A DNA stretch of 63,641 bases, taken from the IMG/VR virus record IMGVR_UViG_3300036830_000465, positions 1 through 63,641 of that record. One strand, 5' to 3'. This DNA is from a virus. Its lineage: Duplodnaviria > Caudoviricetes. A program made the position numbers and the translations under genes. Below, piece by piece: positions 26,957 to 35,566 of this stretch (position 1 is the stretch's first letter; each line of letters begins with the position of its first letter). The notes beneath the pieces are model-generated. The model saw nothing but the letters and a program-made list of their open reading frames with translations, was not told the DNA's origin and searched no databases.

Positions 26957-27414
26957 AAGAGTTCTCCGACTTGAATTTCCGCACGTTCCGGCAGGCCATA
27001 AAACTTTCGAACATAGATTTCGACAAACTGCGCGTCATCGGTCACGATCGTCCCGGTCAGCGAATCGAACACGGCGCGCAGCAACTTGTCTCCATCGGGC
27101 TTCACCGTCATCCCGGGCCGCGACTTCACCGACGCGCCCTTGGGACGTTCGAAGAAAAAATCCACAGCGATCGACACCGGCCGGTTCTTCCCGATCAACG
27201 GCGCACCCAATGCCATCGCGGTTTCGCTCAGCTGTTGGCGCCACGGTTTGAGATTTTTGTTGTCGCTCGTGATCACGGCGCGGCCGAGACTCTTGATGAA
27301 AAATGCGCGGGTGCTGCCCTGCGGCTGCGGTTTTCCAAACACGGTAAATTTCACCGACGTTGGCGACAGCGGGCTCGCCGGAGAATCGCTGAACAGTGGC
27401 GTTGCGGCGCTCAA
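26953..27414 (-). CDS. rusA: RusA family Holliday junction resolvase
   Basis: G.PQPQGS, KPDGDKLLRAVFDSLTG..VTDDAQ. Confidence 0.88.
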   Translation of the reverse strand: MSAATPLFSDSPASPLSPTSVKFTVFGKPQPQGSTRAFFIKSLGRAVITSDNKNLKPWRQQLSETAMALGAPLIGKNRPVSIAVDFFFERPKGASVKSRPGMTVKPDGDKLLRAVFDSLTGTIVTDDAQFVEIYVRKFYGLPERAEIQVGELL

Positions 27415-27677
27415 TTTGCCGCCGCCCGCTTCGCCGCCAGCATCTGCAGCGTCCGCTGTTGCAACCGTGGCAGCATCACGCAGTCACAGCAGAATTTCAC
27501 CGCGACCAGGCCGTCACCGGGATCTTGGCCGATCGAGGCAATCGTTCGCGCGTCGGCCATGAAGAGCGCGGCGTGCGCGGCATCCGGTATGCCGCAAATA
27601 ACGCACGGCCGGCGCTCGGCCCGGACTTCGGACATCCGCCGGGCGAGGTGGTCCTGCATGTTGAATTCAGGGCTCAT
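27411..27677 (-). CDS. Small Cys-motif protein
   Basis: CVIC...CCDC; coupled. Confidence 0.55.
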   Translation of the reverse strand: MSPEFNMQDHLARRMSEVRAERRPCVICGIPDAAHAALFMADARTIASIGQDPGDGLVAVKFCCDCVMLPRLQQRTLQMLAAKRAAAN

Positions 27678-28393
27678 AATTTCTCTGTTAGCACTGGGGT
27701 TTTCGCCTGGATTTCTTCGAACTGGCGCTTTAGGAGAGCCTTCCGCTGCTCGAATTCTTCGGGGGTCTGTTCGTGGGGAATCCGGAGTTTTTTCTCCGGC
27801 GCTGGTGGGCGGGATTTCACTTCCGGCAGAGCCTTTTTATCACCCGCCATGGACTGGAGTTGCTTCAGGGTTTCTCCGGCCAGTTGCCGGCTGAGATACG
27901 TCTGGGCGCCGCCTTCGGCGGTGAACCGCTGGTGCGCGGCCAGGAAGTCCCGCCGGTTGAACGGCGCCGCGGTTTCCAACGGCGCGAATAAGGCCTGGAT
28001 GCCGCCGATTTGACGCAGTGCGTACTCGATCGCGGGTGTGATTTTCGCCTCGCCGCCGCCGTAAAACCCGACATCGGGATGCCAGTGATGCCGCGCAATC
28101 TGCTGCACGAGGTCCCAATCCTGCTCGGCCTGCAATTGCGGATTCTGGCCCGGGATCCTCGCGATAATGAAACTCAGCAACGGAAACATGCTGGGCTTAT
28201 CCCATTCGCGCAAGGTCCGGTTAAACGCTTCAGCCAACGCCGCTTCCGGGATGGACGCCAACTGCTCCAGGTAGACCGCCTGGGCTGTCTCCGTCAGATC
28301 CGCGTTCATCGCTGCCGAGATCTTCAGCATCCAGCCGAGCACATAGGCGCGCTGCGGCTTCGATATTTTTTTCGATTCGGGTTTTGGACTCAT
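27674..28393 (-). CDS. Putative helicase loader (lambda P-like position)
   Basis: Follows initiator; Y...L......L..A...MFP pattern. Confidence 0.55.
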   Translation of the reverse strand: MSPKPESKKISKPQRAYVLGWMLKISAAMNADLTETAQAVYLEQLASIPEAALAEAFNRTLREWDKPSMFPLLSFIIARIPGQNPQLQAEQDWDLVQQIARHHWHPDVGFYGGGEAKITPAIEYALRQIGGIQALFAPLETAAPFNRRDFLAAHQRFTAEGGAQTYLSRQLAGETLKQLQSMAGDKKALPEVKSRPPAPEKKLRIPHEQTPEEFEQRKALLKRQFEEIQAKTPVLTEKL

Positions 28394-29183
28394 GGGGCTT
28401 GGCTCCTGCGTGGTTTATGGGTTTTCCGTAGCGGTCAAGGGGTGAGTTTTTGAACGTGTCGAACTTCGAGACGAAGTGCTGGAGGCTGTATTCGTCGAAC
28501 GGGGACGCGAAATAGTTCTCGACCGCGGCTTCCCATCCGGGCGGGGTGGCTGTGGTTTCAATTCCCAGGCGCTTCCGGAGTTTCGCCAGCTGCGGAAAAT
28601 CCCCGGAACGCCAGCCGTAAGGGTTGCCCATTCGGAGTTTGTATGAAGCTGAAAACTGGTCAGCCGCCAAATCCGGCCTCCCGGCGCGTTTTTCAGCCGC
28701 CGGGGATTCCCCTTGCTTCTTTCCCATTTCCCCTTCTTTTGGAAATGGAGATGGAGAGGGAAATGGAGATGGAGATGGAGGGGTTGTCTTTTGCTTAACC
28801 CGGGTGGTTGGTTTTTGGTTAACCAAATTCGGGTTGCCGCCCAAGCTTCCCGCAGCCTTACGGATTTTCCGGAGAGCCTCATCGCGGACCATCCGGCGGT
28901 TCATAATGGCGCCATCCTCCCGGCGAGTTCCGGTACCACTGTCAAGAATGGCTATAATCGACTTACGGCACTGACTCATTGATAAACCTAGGTTATTTGC
29001 GATATCTCTCTCGGTCATCGGCCTGCCGTTGGGCAGCAACAGAACGCCGCGTTCGGGCGAATCGTGCATGATGCAGACCATGTCGAGCCATACACTTCGG
29101 TCGTGCCGCGGCATTGAAAGGACGGCATGATCGTTGCGCCAATCCTGCGGATAAAACTGGAAGGATGGGAACTTGTCATTCAC
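28230..29183 (-). CDS. Replication initiator (YdaU/DUF1376-like)
   Basis: PSFQFYPQDW, NRRMVRD, R.AAG.LGGNP, PSPSP linker. Confidence 0.78.
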   Translation of the reverse strand: MNDKFPSFQFYPQDWRNDHAVLSMPRHDRSVWLDMVCIMHDSPERGVLLLPNGRPMTERDIANNLGLSMSQCRKSIIAILDSGTGTRREDGAIMNRRMVRDEALRKIRKAAGSLGGNPNLVNQKPTTRVKQKTTPPSPSPFPSPSPFPKEGEMGKKQGESPAAEKRAGRPDLAADQFSASYKLRMGNPYGWRSGDFPQLAKLRKRLGIETTATPPGWEAAVENYFASPFDEYSLQHFVSKFDTFKNSPLDRYGKPINHAGAKPHESKTRIEKNIEAAARLCARLDAEDLGSDERGSDGDSPGGLPGAVGVHPGSGVG

Positions 29184-29191
29184 TGAAAATT

Positions 29192-29359
29192 TCAGCCGAA
29201 AATCTTCAGAAAAACTGTGACGGCCGCGAGTAAAAACAGCGCCCCGCCGAGCAGGATCCCCTCGGCCTGATGGAGACGCTTCTGTTCCTTGAGGTATGCC
29301 GGGTCGGCAAAATCCGCGCGCCGGTAGTTGAAATAGTGATTCGGTGTCGGGGTGTGCAT
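29192..29359 (-). CDS. Small membrane protein
   Basis: AAAGGA RBS; C-terminal TM. Confidence 0.5.
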   Translation of the reverse strand: MHTPTPNHYFNYRRADFADPAYLKEQKRLHQAEGILLGGALFLLAAVTVFLKIFG

Positions 29360-29406
29360 GGTTTGTCCTTTCATGGGTTACAATGCCCGCCTTCAGAGGT
29401 GGCAGG

Positions 29407-30537
29407 ATGTCGCTGTATAAACGCGGGCTGGTCTGGTTCTACGATTTCAAATTTGGCGGCCGGCGCCACCGTGGCTCGACGAAAGTCCGCAACCAGGCTA
29501 AAGCGCGGCAGATTGAAGAAAAACTGAAAACCGATCTGGCGCTGGGCAGGGCCGGGTTGCTGCAGTTGAAGCCCGCGCCGCAATTCCGCGTCTTTGCCGG
29601 CGGGAAATTCACCGATCACATTGAGGTCCACCACGCGAACAAGCCGCAGACCGTCAAGTTCTACGCCGAGAAAATCCGCCGGCTGCTCGAGTTCGCGGCG
29701 CTCGCCGATGCCCACCTGAACCAGATTGATGCTGATTTGATCGAGCGCTATGTCCAGTTCCGGGCGAAGAAAGGCCGCAAGCCGGGCGCGATCAACAGGG
29801 AACTGGCGACACTGCGCAAAGGCTTGAATCTCGCCGCGGAATGGAAGCTGCTGGCCCGGCCGCCGAAAATCCGGCTGATGCCCGGGGAGACCGGCAGGGA
29901 TTTCGTTCTGACCTACGCCATGGAAAAGGCTTATCTGGCGGCGGCGCCGAACCCCTTGAATGACGTCGCGGTACTGGGTCTCGATACCGGGCTGCGCCTG
30001 GCTGAAGCCCTGGCGCTGCAGTGGACGGACTTGACGGCAAACCGGGACGGCGACTGGATTTATCTGACGGTGCGCTCGGGCAAGAGTGCCAACGCGCACC
30101 GATCGATTCCGCTGACCGACCGTGGCCGGGCGATGTTGACCGTACGCCGCGAGGTTTTTCCGGATGCGCTCTGGGTCTTTCCCGGGCAGCGGAAAGGGAA
30201 GCACCTGACGGTCTGGGCGCTGGACAATATCCACGCGCAGCTGCGCCGGACGGCGGTCGATGCCGATGGCAAGACCATCTTCCCGCCGGAGTTCGTGATA
30301 CACTCCCTGCGCCATACGTTCGGAACGCGGCTCGGGGAAACCGGCGCCAACCCGTACCAGATCATGAAGTTGATGGGCCACTCCAGCCTGACGGTGAGCC
30401 AGAAGTACGTGCACCCGACTGCGGGGGGATTGGAGGCCGTCATGCGAGGTCTGGAGGCGATGAATCGTTTGGTGGGTGGTGAAACCGTAGAATCTCATGC
30501 GGGTACCCCCACGGTCCGTTCCCGTCCTGGTTCATGA
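29407..30537 (+). CDS. int: Tyrosine integrase
   Basis: TGLR, HSLRH, LMGH, KY catalytic set; N-terminal arm-binding segment. Confidence 0.95.
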   Translation: MSLYKRGLVWFYDFKFGGRRHRGSTKVRNQAKARQIEEKLKTDLALGRAGLLQLKPAPQFRVFAGGKFTDHIEVHHANKPQTVKFYAEKIRRLLEFAALADAHLNQIDADLIERYVQFRAKKGRKPGAINRELATLRKGLNLAAEWKLLARPPKIRLMPGETGRDFVLTYAMEKAYLAAAPNPLNDVAVLGLDTGLRLAEALALQWTDLTANRDGDWIYLTVRSGKSANAHRSIPLTDRGRAMLTVRREVFPDALWVFPGQRKGKHLTVWALDNIHAQLRRTAVDADGKTIFPPEFVIHSLRHTFGTRLGETGANPYQIMKLMGHSSLTVSQKYVHPTAGGLEAVMRGLEAMNRLVGGETVESHAGTPTVRSRPGS

Positions 30538-30869
30538 GTGGTTCGTCCCCGGCTGACCCGGTCGTCCGTGTTTTCCTGGGCTGTTCCAGCGCGAAGATGC
30601 GCGGGGTTGCAACAGGGCGGATTGTCGCAGGAGTGGAGGACGAGCATGCCGTCCGGTATCGGGCCGGATGATAAAATGTATGCCGCGCGATGGGCGGCAA
30701 CGTTATGATGGTGACCGTTATGGCGAACGGAGAAGAGGCCGTAGCCCTTTTGATTTCGGGAGGCTTTCCAGATCCAGCAACGATTGGAAGTCCGCTCGAC
30801 CTTAGCCCAGAATCGGTGGCGATGGGCGAGGAGAAGTTCGGGAGTAAGCAGCAGGCCGCAGTTCATCAT
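30495..30869 (-). CDS. HNH endonuclease
   Basis: RFWAKV, CWIW, GYG, AHR, LHSCDNPPCCNPAHL. Confidence 0.9.
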   Translation of the reverse strand: MMNCGLLLTPELLLAHRHRFWAKVERTSNRCWIWKASRNQKGYGLFSVRHNGHHHNVAAHRAAYILSSGPIPDGMLVLHSCDNPPCCNPAHLRAGTAQENTDDRVSRGRTTHEPGRERTVGVPA

Positions 30870-30882
30870 GAACGGGTTGCCC

Positions 30883-31098
30883 TACCCCCATTTTTCACCC
30901 CATCGTGTTTTTTTGGTCTGTAAGTTATTGGCGCCCGTGGCGCAGATGGATAGCGCGACGGACTACGAAACCGATTTAGGGTTTTAGTGGGCGCGGTCAT
31001 CGGTGGCTCACCACCGTCTTTTCAATGGTTTCCACGGGTACGGAAACCCCACCAGACTGCGCTTCCCCGCGTGGGGTACCCCCAGTTTTCACCCCATC
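30883..31098. repeat. attP arm-type direct repeats
   Basis: TACCCCCA(T/G)TTTTCACCCCATC at 30883-30904 and 31077-31098 (21/22 identical) flank the tRNA fragment. Confidence 0.8.
30931..30969 (+). pseudogene. 5' half of tRNA-Arg(ACG), probable attP core
   Basis: GCGCCCG-TG-GCGC-AGATGGATA-GCGC-G-ACGGA-CTACGAA; no T-arm (no TTCGA) downstream. Confidence 0.75.
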
Positions 31099-31263
31099 CT
31101 TTTTCGAGGAATCCACGTATGCCCAGAGATCCACTTCATCGATGCGCACCAGGTTGCCCAGCTTCACGATCGGGATTTGATTTTCCCGGATCCGGAGCTT
31201 CAGGAAACTGATCGAGACCTGGAGAATCTCCGCCGCCTGTTCGCGCGTGAGAAGCTTTCTCAT
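30997..31263 (-). CDS. Excisionase (HTH_17)
   Basis: LLTREQAAEILQVS...I....IP.VKLG..VRI. Confidence 0.82.
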   Translation of the reverse strand: MRKLLTREQAAEILQVSISFLKLRIRENQIPIVKLGNLVRIDEVDLWAYVDSSKKDGVKTGGTPRGEAQSGGVSVPVETIEKTVVSHR

Positions 31264-31598
31264 GATTTCGTCATGTCCTCCAGTTGCTTGTTGCTCACCG
31301 GCCGCAGCAGAAAATCTTCCAGCATGAACGTCCCCGGATGCGTCACCGAAAAGTGACTGCCACAGGTGCAGCGGTACAGGACCGTCGTGCAGGAATGGCC
31401 GAGCAGGACCGGCGATACCGCCACCGGCGTGAGCTTGCCGGAATGGGTACAGTCGGGTTCGGGTGCGGGTGGTGGCGCTGGTGGTAGAGCGGCGGCCTCA
31501 ACCCGGCGTTTGCGAATCTGCCGTTGCGCGAGGACGGCCATGCAAAAGCAATAGCCGGAGATGATGCCGAAGGTGAGAAAGGCGGCGCGTTCAATCAC
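31260..31598 (-). CDS. Membrane-anchored Cys protein
   Basis: N-terminal TM, CTH/CTCG. Confidence 0.5.
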   Translation of the reverse strand: MIERAAFLTFGIISGYCFCMAVLAQRQIRKRRVEAAALPPAPPPAPEPDCTHSGKLTPVAVSPVLLGHSCTTVLYRCTCGSHFSVTHPGTFMLEDFLLRPVSNKQLEDMTKS

Positions 31599-31801
31599 CA
31601 GCCGCCCCGTTCTTCAGATTGGCGGCAATGGCATCAATCCACTCCAGCCATGTTGGCCAGAGTGTACCTTCGGCGTCGTGTTGTGCGGTCCGATCAATTG
31701 TATGTTCCACCGAATTACCTTCGGTCGGAACGGGGCGGTAGCTTGCGAGGCTGGCGGCAGGTTCGCTGAAAATGAAAATTAAATCAAGAAATATTTTGCG
31801 G

Positions 31802-32017
31802 TCACGGCAGATCAATGCAGGACGCTGGGTTGTCCGGCCTACAGCGCAACAATCTTCCAATGCTTCGGCGGAGGCCGAGCGGCAATCCATATTTCTGAAT
31901 CGCAATCACGGCATACTCGGAACATGTCGGATGAAACCGGCAGCTGATTTTCCGCACAAGGCGCGGCGAAATCCGGCACTGATAAACGCGAATCAGCCAG
32001 AGCGTAAACCGCTTCAC
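31802..32017 (-). CDS. yidD: YidD membrane protein insertion efficiency factor-like
   Basis: IRVYQ..ISP......CRFHPTCSEYA..AI.KYG...G......RLLRC.P. Confidence 0.85.
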   Translation of the reverse strand: MKRFTLWLIRVYQCRISPRLVRKISCRFHPTCSEYAVIAIQKYGLPLGLRRSIGRLLRCRPDNPASCIDLP

Positions 32018-32364
32018 GTCGCTTGGTGTTCGACGATTTCTTTGGTGACCGCCCGCGATCCGCACTTCGGGCATTTATTCAAATCGATTGGCGTTTTCGT
32101 GGGGATAAAAACTGCGGGCAGGCATCCCGTACAGCACATCATGGCCTTGCCAGCATCTTGCATCGCATTGCCAGCCTCTCGAAGCGAATCCATCTTTCCA
32201 TAATGCCAGACGTTTCCACATGCGGCGCAGGTGCAGCGGGTTTCTTTAATCAGGCGCGGACCTGGGGCTAGTTCCTTGTGGCAATATCCGCAGATGACAG
32301 CGAAGTCTTTGATGGTTTTGCCGCAGAACGGGCAGACTTTCGTTTTTGGGGGCTCAGCGCTCAA
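32014..32364 (-). CDS. Multi zinc-ribbon protein
   Basis: CPFC, CGYC, CAAC, CPKC; start uncertain. Confidence 0.7.
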   Translation of the reverse strand: MSAEPPKTKVCPFCGKTIKDFAVICGYCHKELAPGPRLIKETRCTCAACGNVWHYGKMDSLREAGNAMQDAGKAMMCCTGCLPAVFIPTKTPIDLNKCPKCGSRAVTKEIVEHQAT

Positions 32365-32893
32365 TTTCTTTCCATTCCGGACTGGAGGCATCGGCGATTT
32401 TTCCGGTTTCCCATCGAATCGTTCCGTCTTTCGATGAAACGTAAAGCGATGGGTCGTCGGGCCGCAGCGGTATCGCTCTTACGAAATAATCCCTAGCGTC
32501 GGCAGCTGCTTCCATCTGGAATTTGTATCCTTGGCTGTCCGATAGGTAAAGCTCCGGCTTGCAGTAAGCGGGGAGTTCGATAAAACTCTTTGCAAAAAGT
32601 CCCCGATTCTCTGCGAGGTATGTCACTTGACATGTCATTAAGGTGTTCAGCATAGCCCGGACCAATTTCCGTCTCGATTTCGTTCTCTCCGTCGCAATGC
32701 TAAGGCTGGCATTGGCTTCTGTCGCGACGGCGGTTGAAGGATATTTATCAACGACGGTCTTTAGGAGAGCCTCGGATTCCGCTTGATTCCCGGCCCGCTC
32801 CGCAGCCAGCGCCTGATTGAATGCAGTCCGCGCCTTCTCTTCGTTGCTTGTGCAGCCGAAGATCAAGAGCGCGAGAAGTAAGAATATCGCCAT
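32354..32893 (-). CDS. Lipoprotein with TPR-like and pilin-like C-terminal domain
   Basis: LIFGC lipobox; VVDKYPST; Q..Y....G.FA...GYKF...Y...A.P. Confidence 0.65.
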   Translation of the reverse strand: MAIFLLLALLIFGCTSNEEKARTAFNQALAAERAGNQAESEALLKTVVDKYPSTAVATEANASLSIATERTKSRRKLVRAMLNTLMTCQVTYLAENRGLFAKSFIELPAYCKPELYLSDSQGYKFQMEAAADARDYFVRAIPLRPDDPSLYVSSKDGTIRWETGKIADASSPEWKEIER

Positions 32894-32909
32894 GGGGCTC
32901 CTTCCGCAT

Positions 32910-33464
32910 TTACCGGAATCCGATAGCGATTCCGATCTTGATTTCCAGTATCGATCTTCCGACGATTCCCCGTAGAAACCATTTCGATTTTGGGGTTCGA
33001 AACCGGTCTATATATCCGGCGGTGACATATGGGCAAGGATCATCGTCGATGCGATAGCCGCCGCCAACCATCATGCCGGTCGACGGGATTATAGCGCTCG
33101 CGTCAATCATTCCAGCCATCCTGACGGTCCCCGCGCCGCCGCATGATCCGTCGCTTGCAAATTGTCCAGTGTTGAGATTTCGGCAGCGAGTCTGGCCGTT
33201 CGACAGATGGTCCGTGGCAAACCCCGACGGTGCCGAGCCGCGAAGATTGTAGGCGTCGAATGCGGCTGTTGCGAAGAAACCCTGGCCCAACAATAGCGAC
33301 GCCCCAAGATTGCCGCCCGTAGAATTGTTCTTGCTCATCTGCCCTACTTGAGTGAATCCGATATCGAGAAGAAATCCCGGAGTCACGTGCTGGGCCCGCA
33401 ATTGGACGGAAACAGAAAGCATGGCGAGTGCAACCAGGGCCATGCGCGTTTTCCAAATTAACAC
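32910..33464 (-). CDS. Secreted/outer-membrane beta-barrel-like protein
   Basis: Signal peptide; alternating beta strands; ends GIAIGFR. Confidence 0.5.
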   Translation of the reverse strand: MLIWKTRMALVALAMLSVSVQLRAQHVTPGFLLDIGFTQVGQMSKNNSTGGNLGASLLLGQGFFATAAFDAYNLRGSAPSGFATDHLSNGQTRCRNLNTGQFASDGSCGGAGTVRMAGMIDASAIIPSTGMMVGGGYRIDDDPCPYVTAGYIDRFRTPKSKWFLRGIVGRSILEIKIGIAIGFR

Positions 33465-33577
33465 CTTCGATCCTTAATCCCTCCCGAAAGAGCCATTCAT
33501 CGAAACGTCGCTTCAATGCAAAATTGTTTTGGGTTGGGAAGCCTACGGCGCGCGGGGCTTATTTACGGCTCCCGCCT

Positions 33578-34036
33578 TTAGCCAGTCTGCAATTTGGACG
33601 ACGCGCGCCGTTTTCCCTGTACCTCAGCGGTCCTTCCCTTTTCGTTCGCGGCAATGTTTCCGACCTGCTCTTTGCTTTCGGCCGGAGGTTCCATGTCATT
33701 AAAGGCGGCCGTCAGATAGCGCTTCACGTCACGTTCAAACGCTTCATCGTTTAAAAGTAGATCTAGCCACCGGTGCAGTTTTGCGTTCCTCTCTCTAATT
33801 TCCGGCAGGGATATGCATTCCTCAACTCTGTAGTCTCCGAGTTCCACGATCCGCTCGAATAGCTCCATTGACGGTTTAGTGCTCCCGTTTTCGAGATGGG
33901 ATATTGCGCTCTGGAAGTTTTCCTTATCGCCTCCCAGTTGAAGCGCGGCACCAAACTCGGTCTGGGTCATCTTTTTCTTTGCGCGAATGTCGCGCACTAA
34001 GTTCTTTAATTTCACCGCATAGGAAGTAAACCCCAA
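33578..34036 (-). CDS. Repressor (XRE HTH)
   Basis: IRAKKKMTQTEFG...AISHLENG..KPS; divergent from Cro-like gene. Confidence 0.8.
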   Translation of the reverse strand: MGFTSYAVKLKNLVRDIRAKKKMTQTEFGAALQLGGDKENFQSAISHLENGSTKPSMELFERIVELGDYRVEECISLPEIRERNAKLHRWLDLLLNDEAFERDVKRYLTAAFNDMEPPAESKEQVGNIAANEKGRTAEVQGKRRASSKLQTG

Positions 34037-34075
34037 ATCGGATTGGAATTAGATGGGAAATCAATATACTTCTGC

Positions 34076-34104
34076 TTGACATATAATTCAGTTACATGTA
34101 TGTT
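34076..34104 (+). promoter_or_regulatory. Sigma70 early promoter
   Basis: TTGACA-17 nt-TATGTT. Confidence 0.7.
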
Positions 34105-34114
34105 TCCATTCGAA

Positions 34115-34330
34115 ATGAGACTGGATGCGAGAAAGTTAATCAATGCGAGACATCGAAAGATGATGAGCCAGGCCGAGCTTGCGGACGCGTGCGGCCTCAC
34201 CAGGCAGACAGTTTGGAATGCAGAGCACGGCGAGGTTCTTTCAACCGGAACTGCAAAATCATTGGTTCGATTTCTGGAACTGGACCCGGACGACGTGGTG
34301 CTTCCCATGGAGGGTGGCGATGCAGCGTGA
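34115..34330 (+). CDS. Cro-like HTH protein
   Basis: MSQAELADACGLTRQTVWNAE.G. Confidence 0.8.
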   Translation: MRLDARKLINARHRKMMSQAELADACGLTRQTVWNAEHGEVLSTGTAKSLVRFLELDPDDVVLPMEGGDAA

Positions 34331-34580
34331 GACAACGATTGTCATTTCGAATAAGCCGCGGTGCCTGTGGCCGCGGTGTCCGAACGAGGGAACGAGTCGC
34401 GGCAACTGCAATAACCATTATCAGGTTTATAAGCGCGGCGTAGAAATCACGAAGGAATGGACATGGGAAGAATTGGAATATGAAGGACTGACCATTCCAA
34501 AACAGCGGAACGCCCGCGCGTTCATCCTTCAGAGGCTCGGCAAGAAAATAGCGGCAGAGCCGGTCGGTATAGGCCGGTAA
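34320..34580 (+). CDS. Small Zn-binding protein
   Basis: C.xxxC......RG.C..HY; GGAGG RBS. Confidence 0.6.
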   Translation: MQRETTIVISNKPRCLWPRCPNEGTSRGNCNNHYQVYKRGVEITKEWTWEELEYEGLTIPKQRNARAFILQRLGKKIAAEPVGIGR

Positions 34581-34679
34581 ACATTTAACACGTCGGAACT
34601 GTGGCGGAGCTTGCGAGGCACCCCATATATCGACAAAACGGCAGTTCGAACTTACGGGAGAGCTGCGTTCGGAGGAACA

Positions 34680-35327
34680 GTGGACAAGTTACGCGCCTTT
34701 CACGGCGATGAATCAATCAAGAGCGAGTGGATTCATCTTCTGGAAACTCGCCAAGAGAAAGGCCTGATAGTCCGGCGTCACGGACTGGATGGCATCTATG
34801 GTCAGCCGGTCGACTACGTGCGCAATCTGGTTTTACCGGCGTCCTTCGAGCCAATTGAGCTCGCCCTGTTTGAAAACCTCCCGGATCCGGCGTGGGAGCG
34901 CTTCCCATTGTTGTTTCTGGAGGCGGTACCGGTTGGCGCGGATCTGTCGCGGGTAACGGCAAAATTCATGCACTGGATCTTAACCGGCCCAGATTCCCGG
35001 CTGGCTCAAATCCACGAAGCCGTAGCGCCACTGTTTTTCGGTCTACCGGCTATTGATGGAGTTGCGGAGGCGCTACATCGAACTCTCGGCGGCGAGATCG
35101 TCCCTTCGGAGGAATGGGAAACCCTGAGAGCGAAGACCGATACCTCCGGTGCATTCGCGCTTCCCGCCGCATGGATGGCCGCCGCGATGCAGGGCAACCC
35201 CGAACATGCGGGGCAGGCCATTCGTGAGACCGCCAGAATCCTCGGCGAATCCCACGTGCCCGCGCTGGCGGACAAATTGCTGGAGCTGCTGGCCGCGGCG
35301 CCGGTGGTGGAGGGCGAGCAATCATGA
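34680..35327 (+). CDS. Hypothetical protein
   Basis: GGAGG RBS before GTG 34680. Confidence 0.65.
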   Translation: MDKLRAFHGDESIKSEWIHLLETRQEKGLIVRRHGLDGIYGQPVDYVRNLVLPASFEPIELALFENLPDPAWERFPLLFLEAVPVGADLSRVTAKFMHWILTGPDSRLAQIHEAVAPLFFGLPAIDGVAEALHRTLGGEIVPSEEWETLRAKTDTSGAFALPAAWMAAAMQGNPEHAGQAIRETARILGESHVPALADKLLELLAAAPVVEGEQS

Positions 35328-35566
35328 CTCTCCCCGAACTTTGGACGCGCTTCAATCGGCATCACGACGCGATTCGCTGCAAGCGATGTCCCATCGTTTT
35401 CCACGTGGACGCCACGCGAGAGTCCCTGGAATCGCACTGGATGGAGCGGCATGACCCGTCGATTGAGCAGCGGAGTTTCTCGATTCCACGGACGGAGTTT
35501 GGCGTGGGCGAGGACAGGCTGCAGGCGGCGGACAACAGTTATTTCAAAATGTGGGGGATGCGATGA
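35324..35566 (+). CDS. Hypothetical protein
   Basis: Coupled at both ends. Confidence 0.55.
   Translation: MTLPELWTRFNRHHDAIRCKRCPIVFHVDATRESLESHWMERHDPSIEQRSFSIPRTEFGVGEDRLQAADNSYFKMWGMR

Noticed and set aside
28741-28782. GGAGAT/GGAAAT hexamer repeats in the initiator gene
   Set aside because: They encode the PSPSPF linker; an origin may lie nearby but clear iterons could not be defined
29371-30498. 375-aa ORF antisense to the integrase
   Set aside because: Mirror-frame shadow with no recognisable motifs
30931-31005. Functional full-length tRNA gene
   Set aside because: Anticodon stem has two mismatches and there is no T-arm or CCA; treated as the attP fragment
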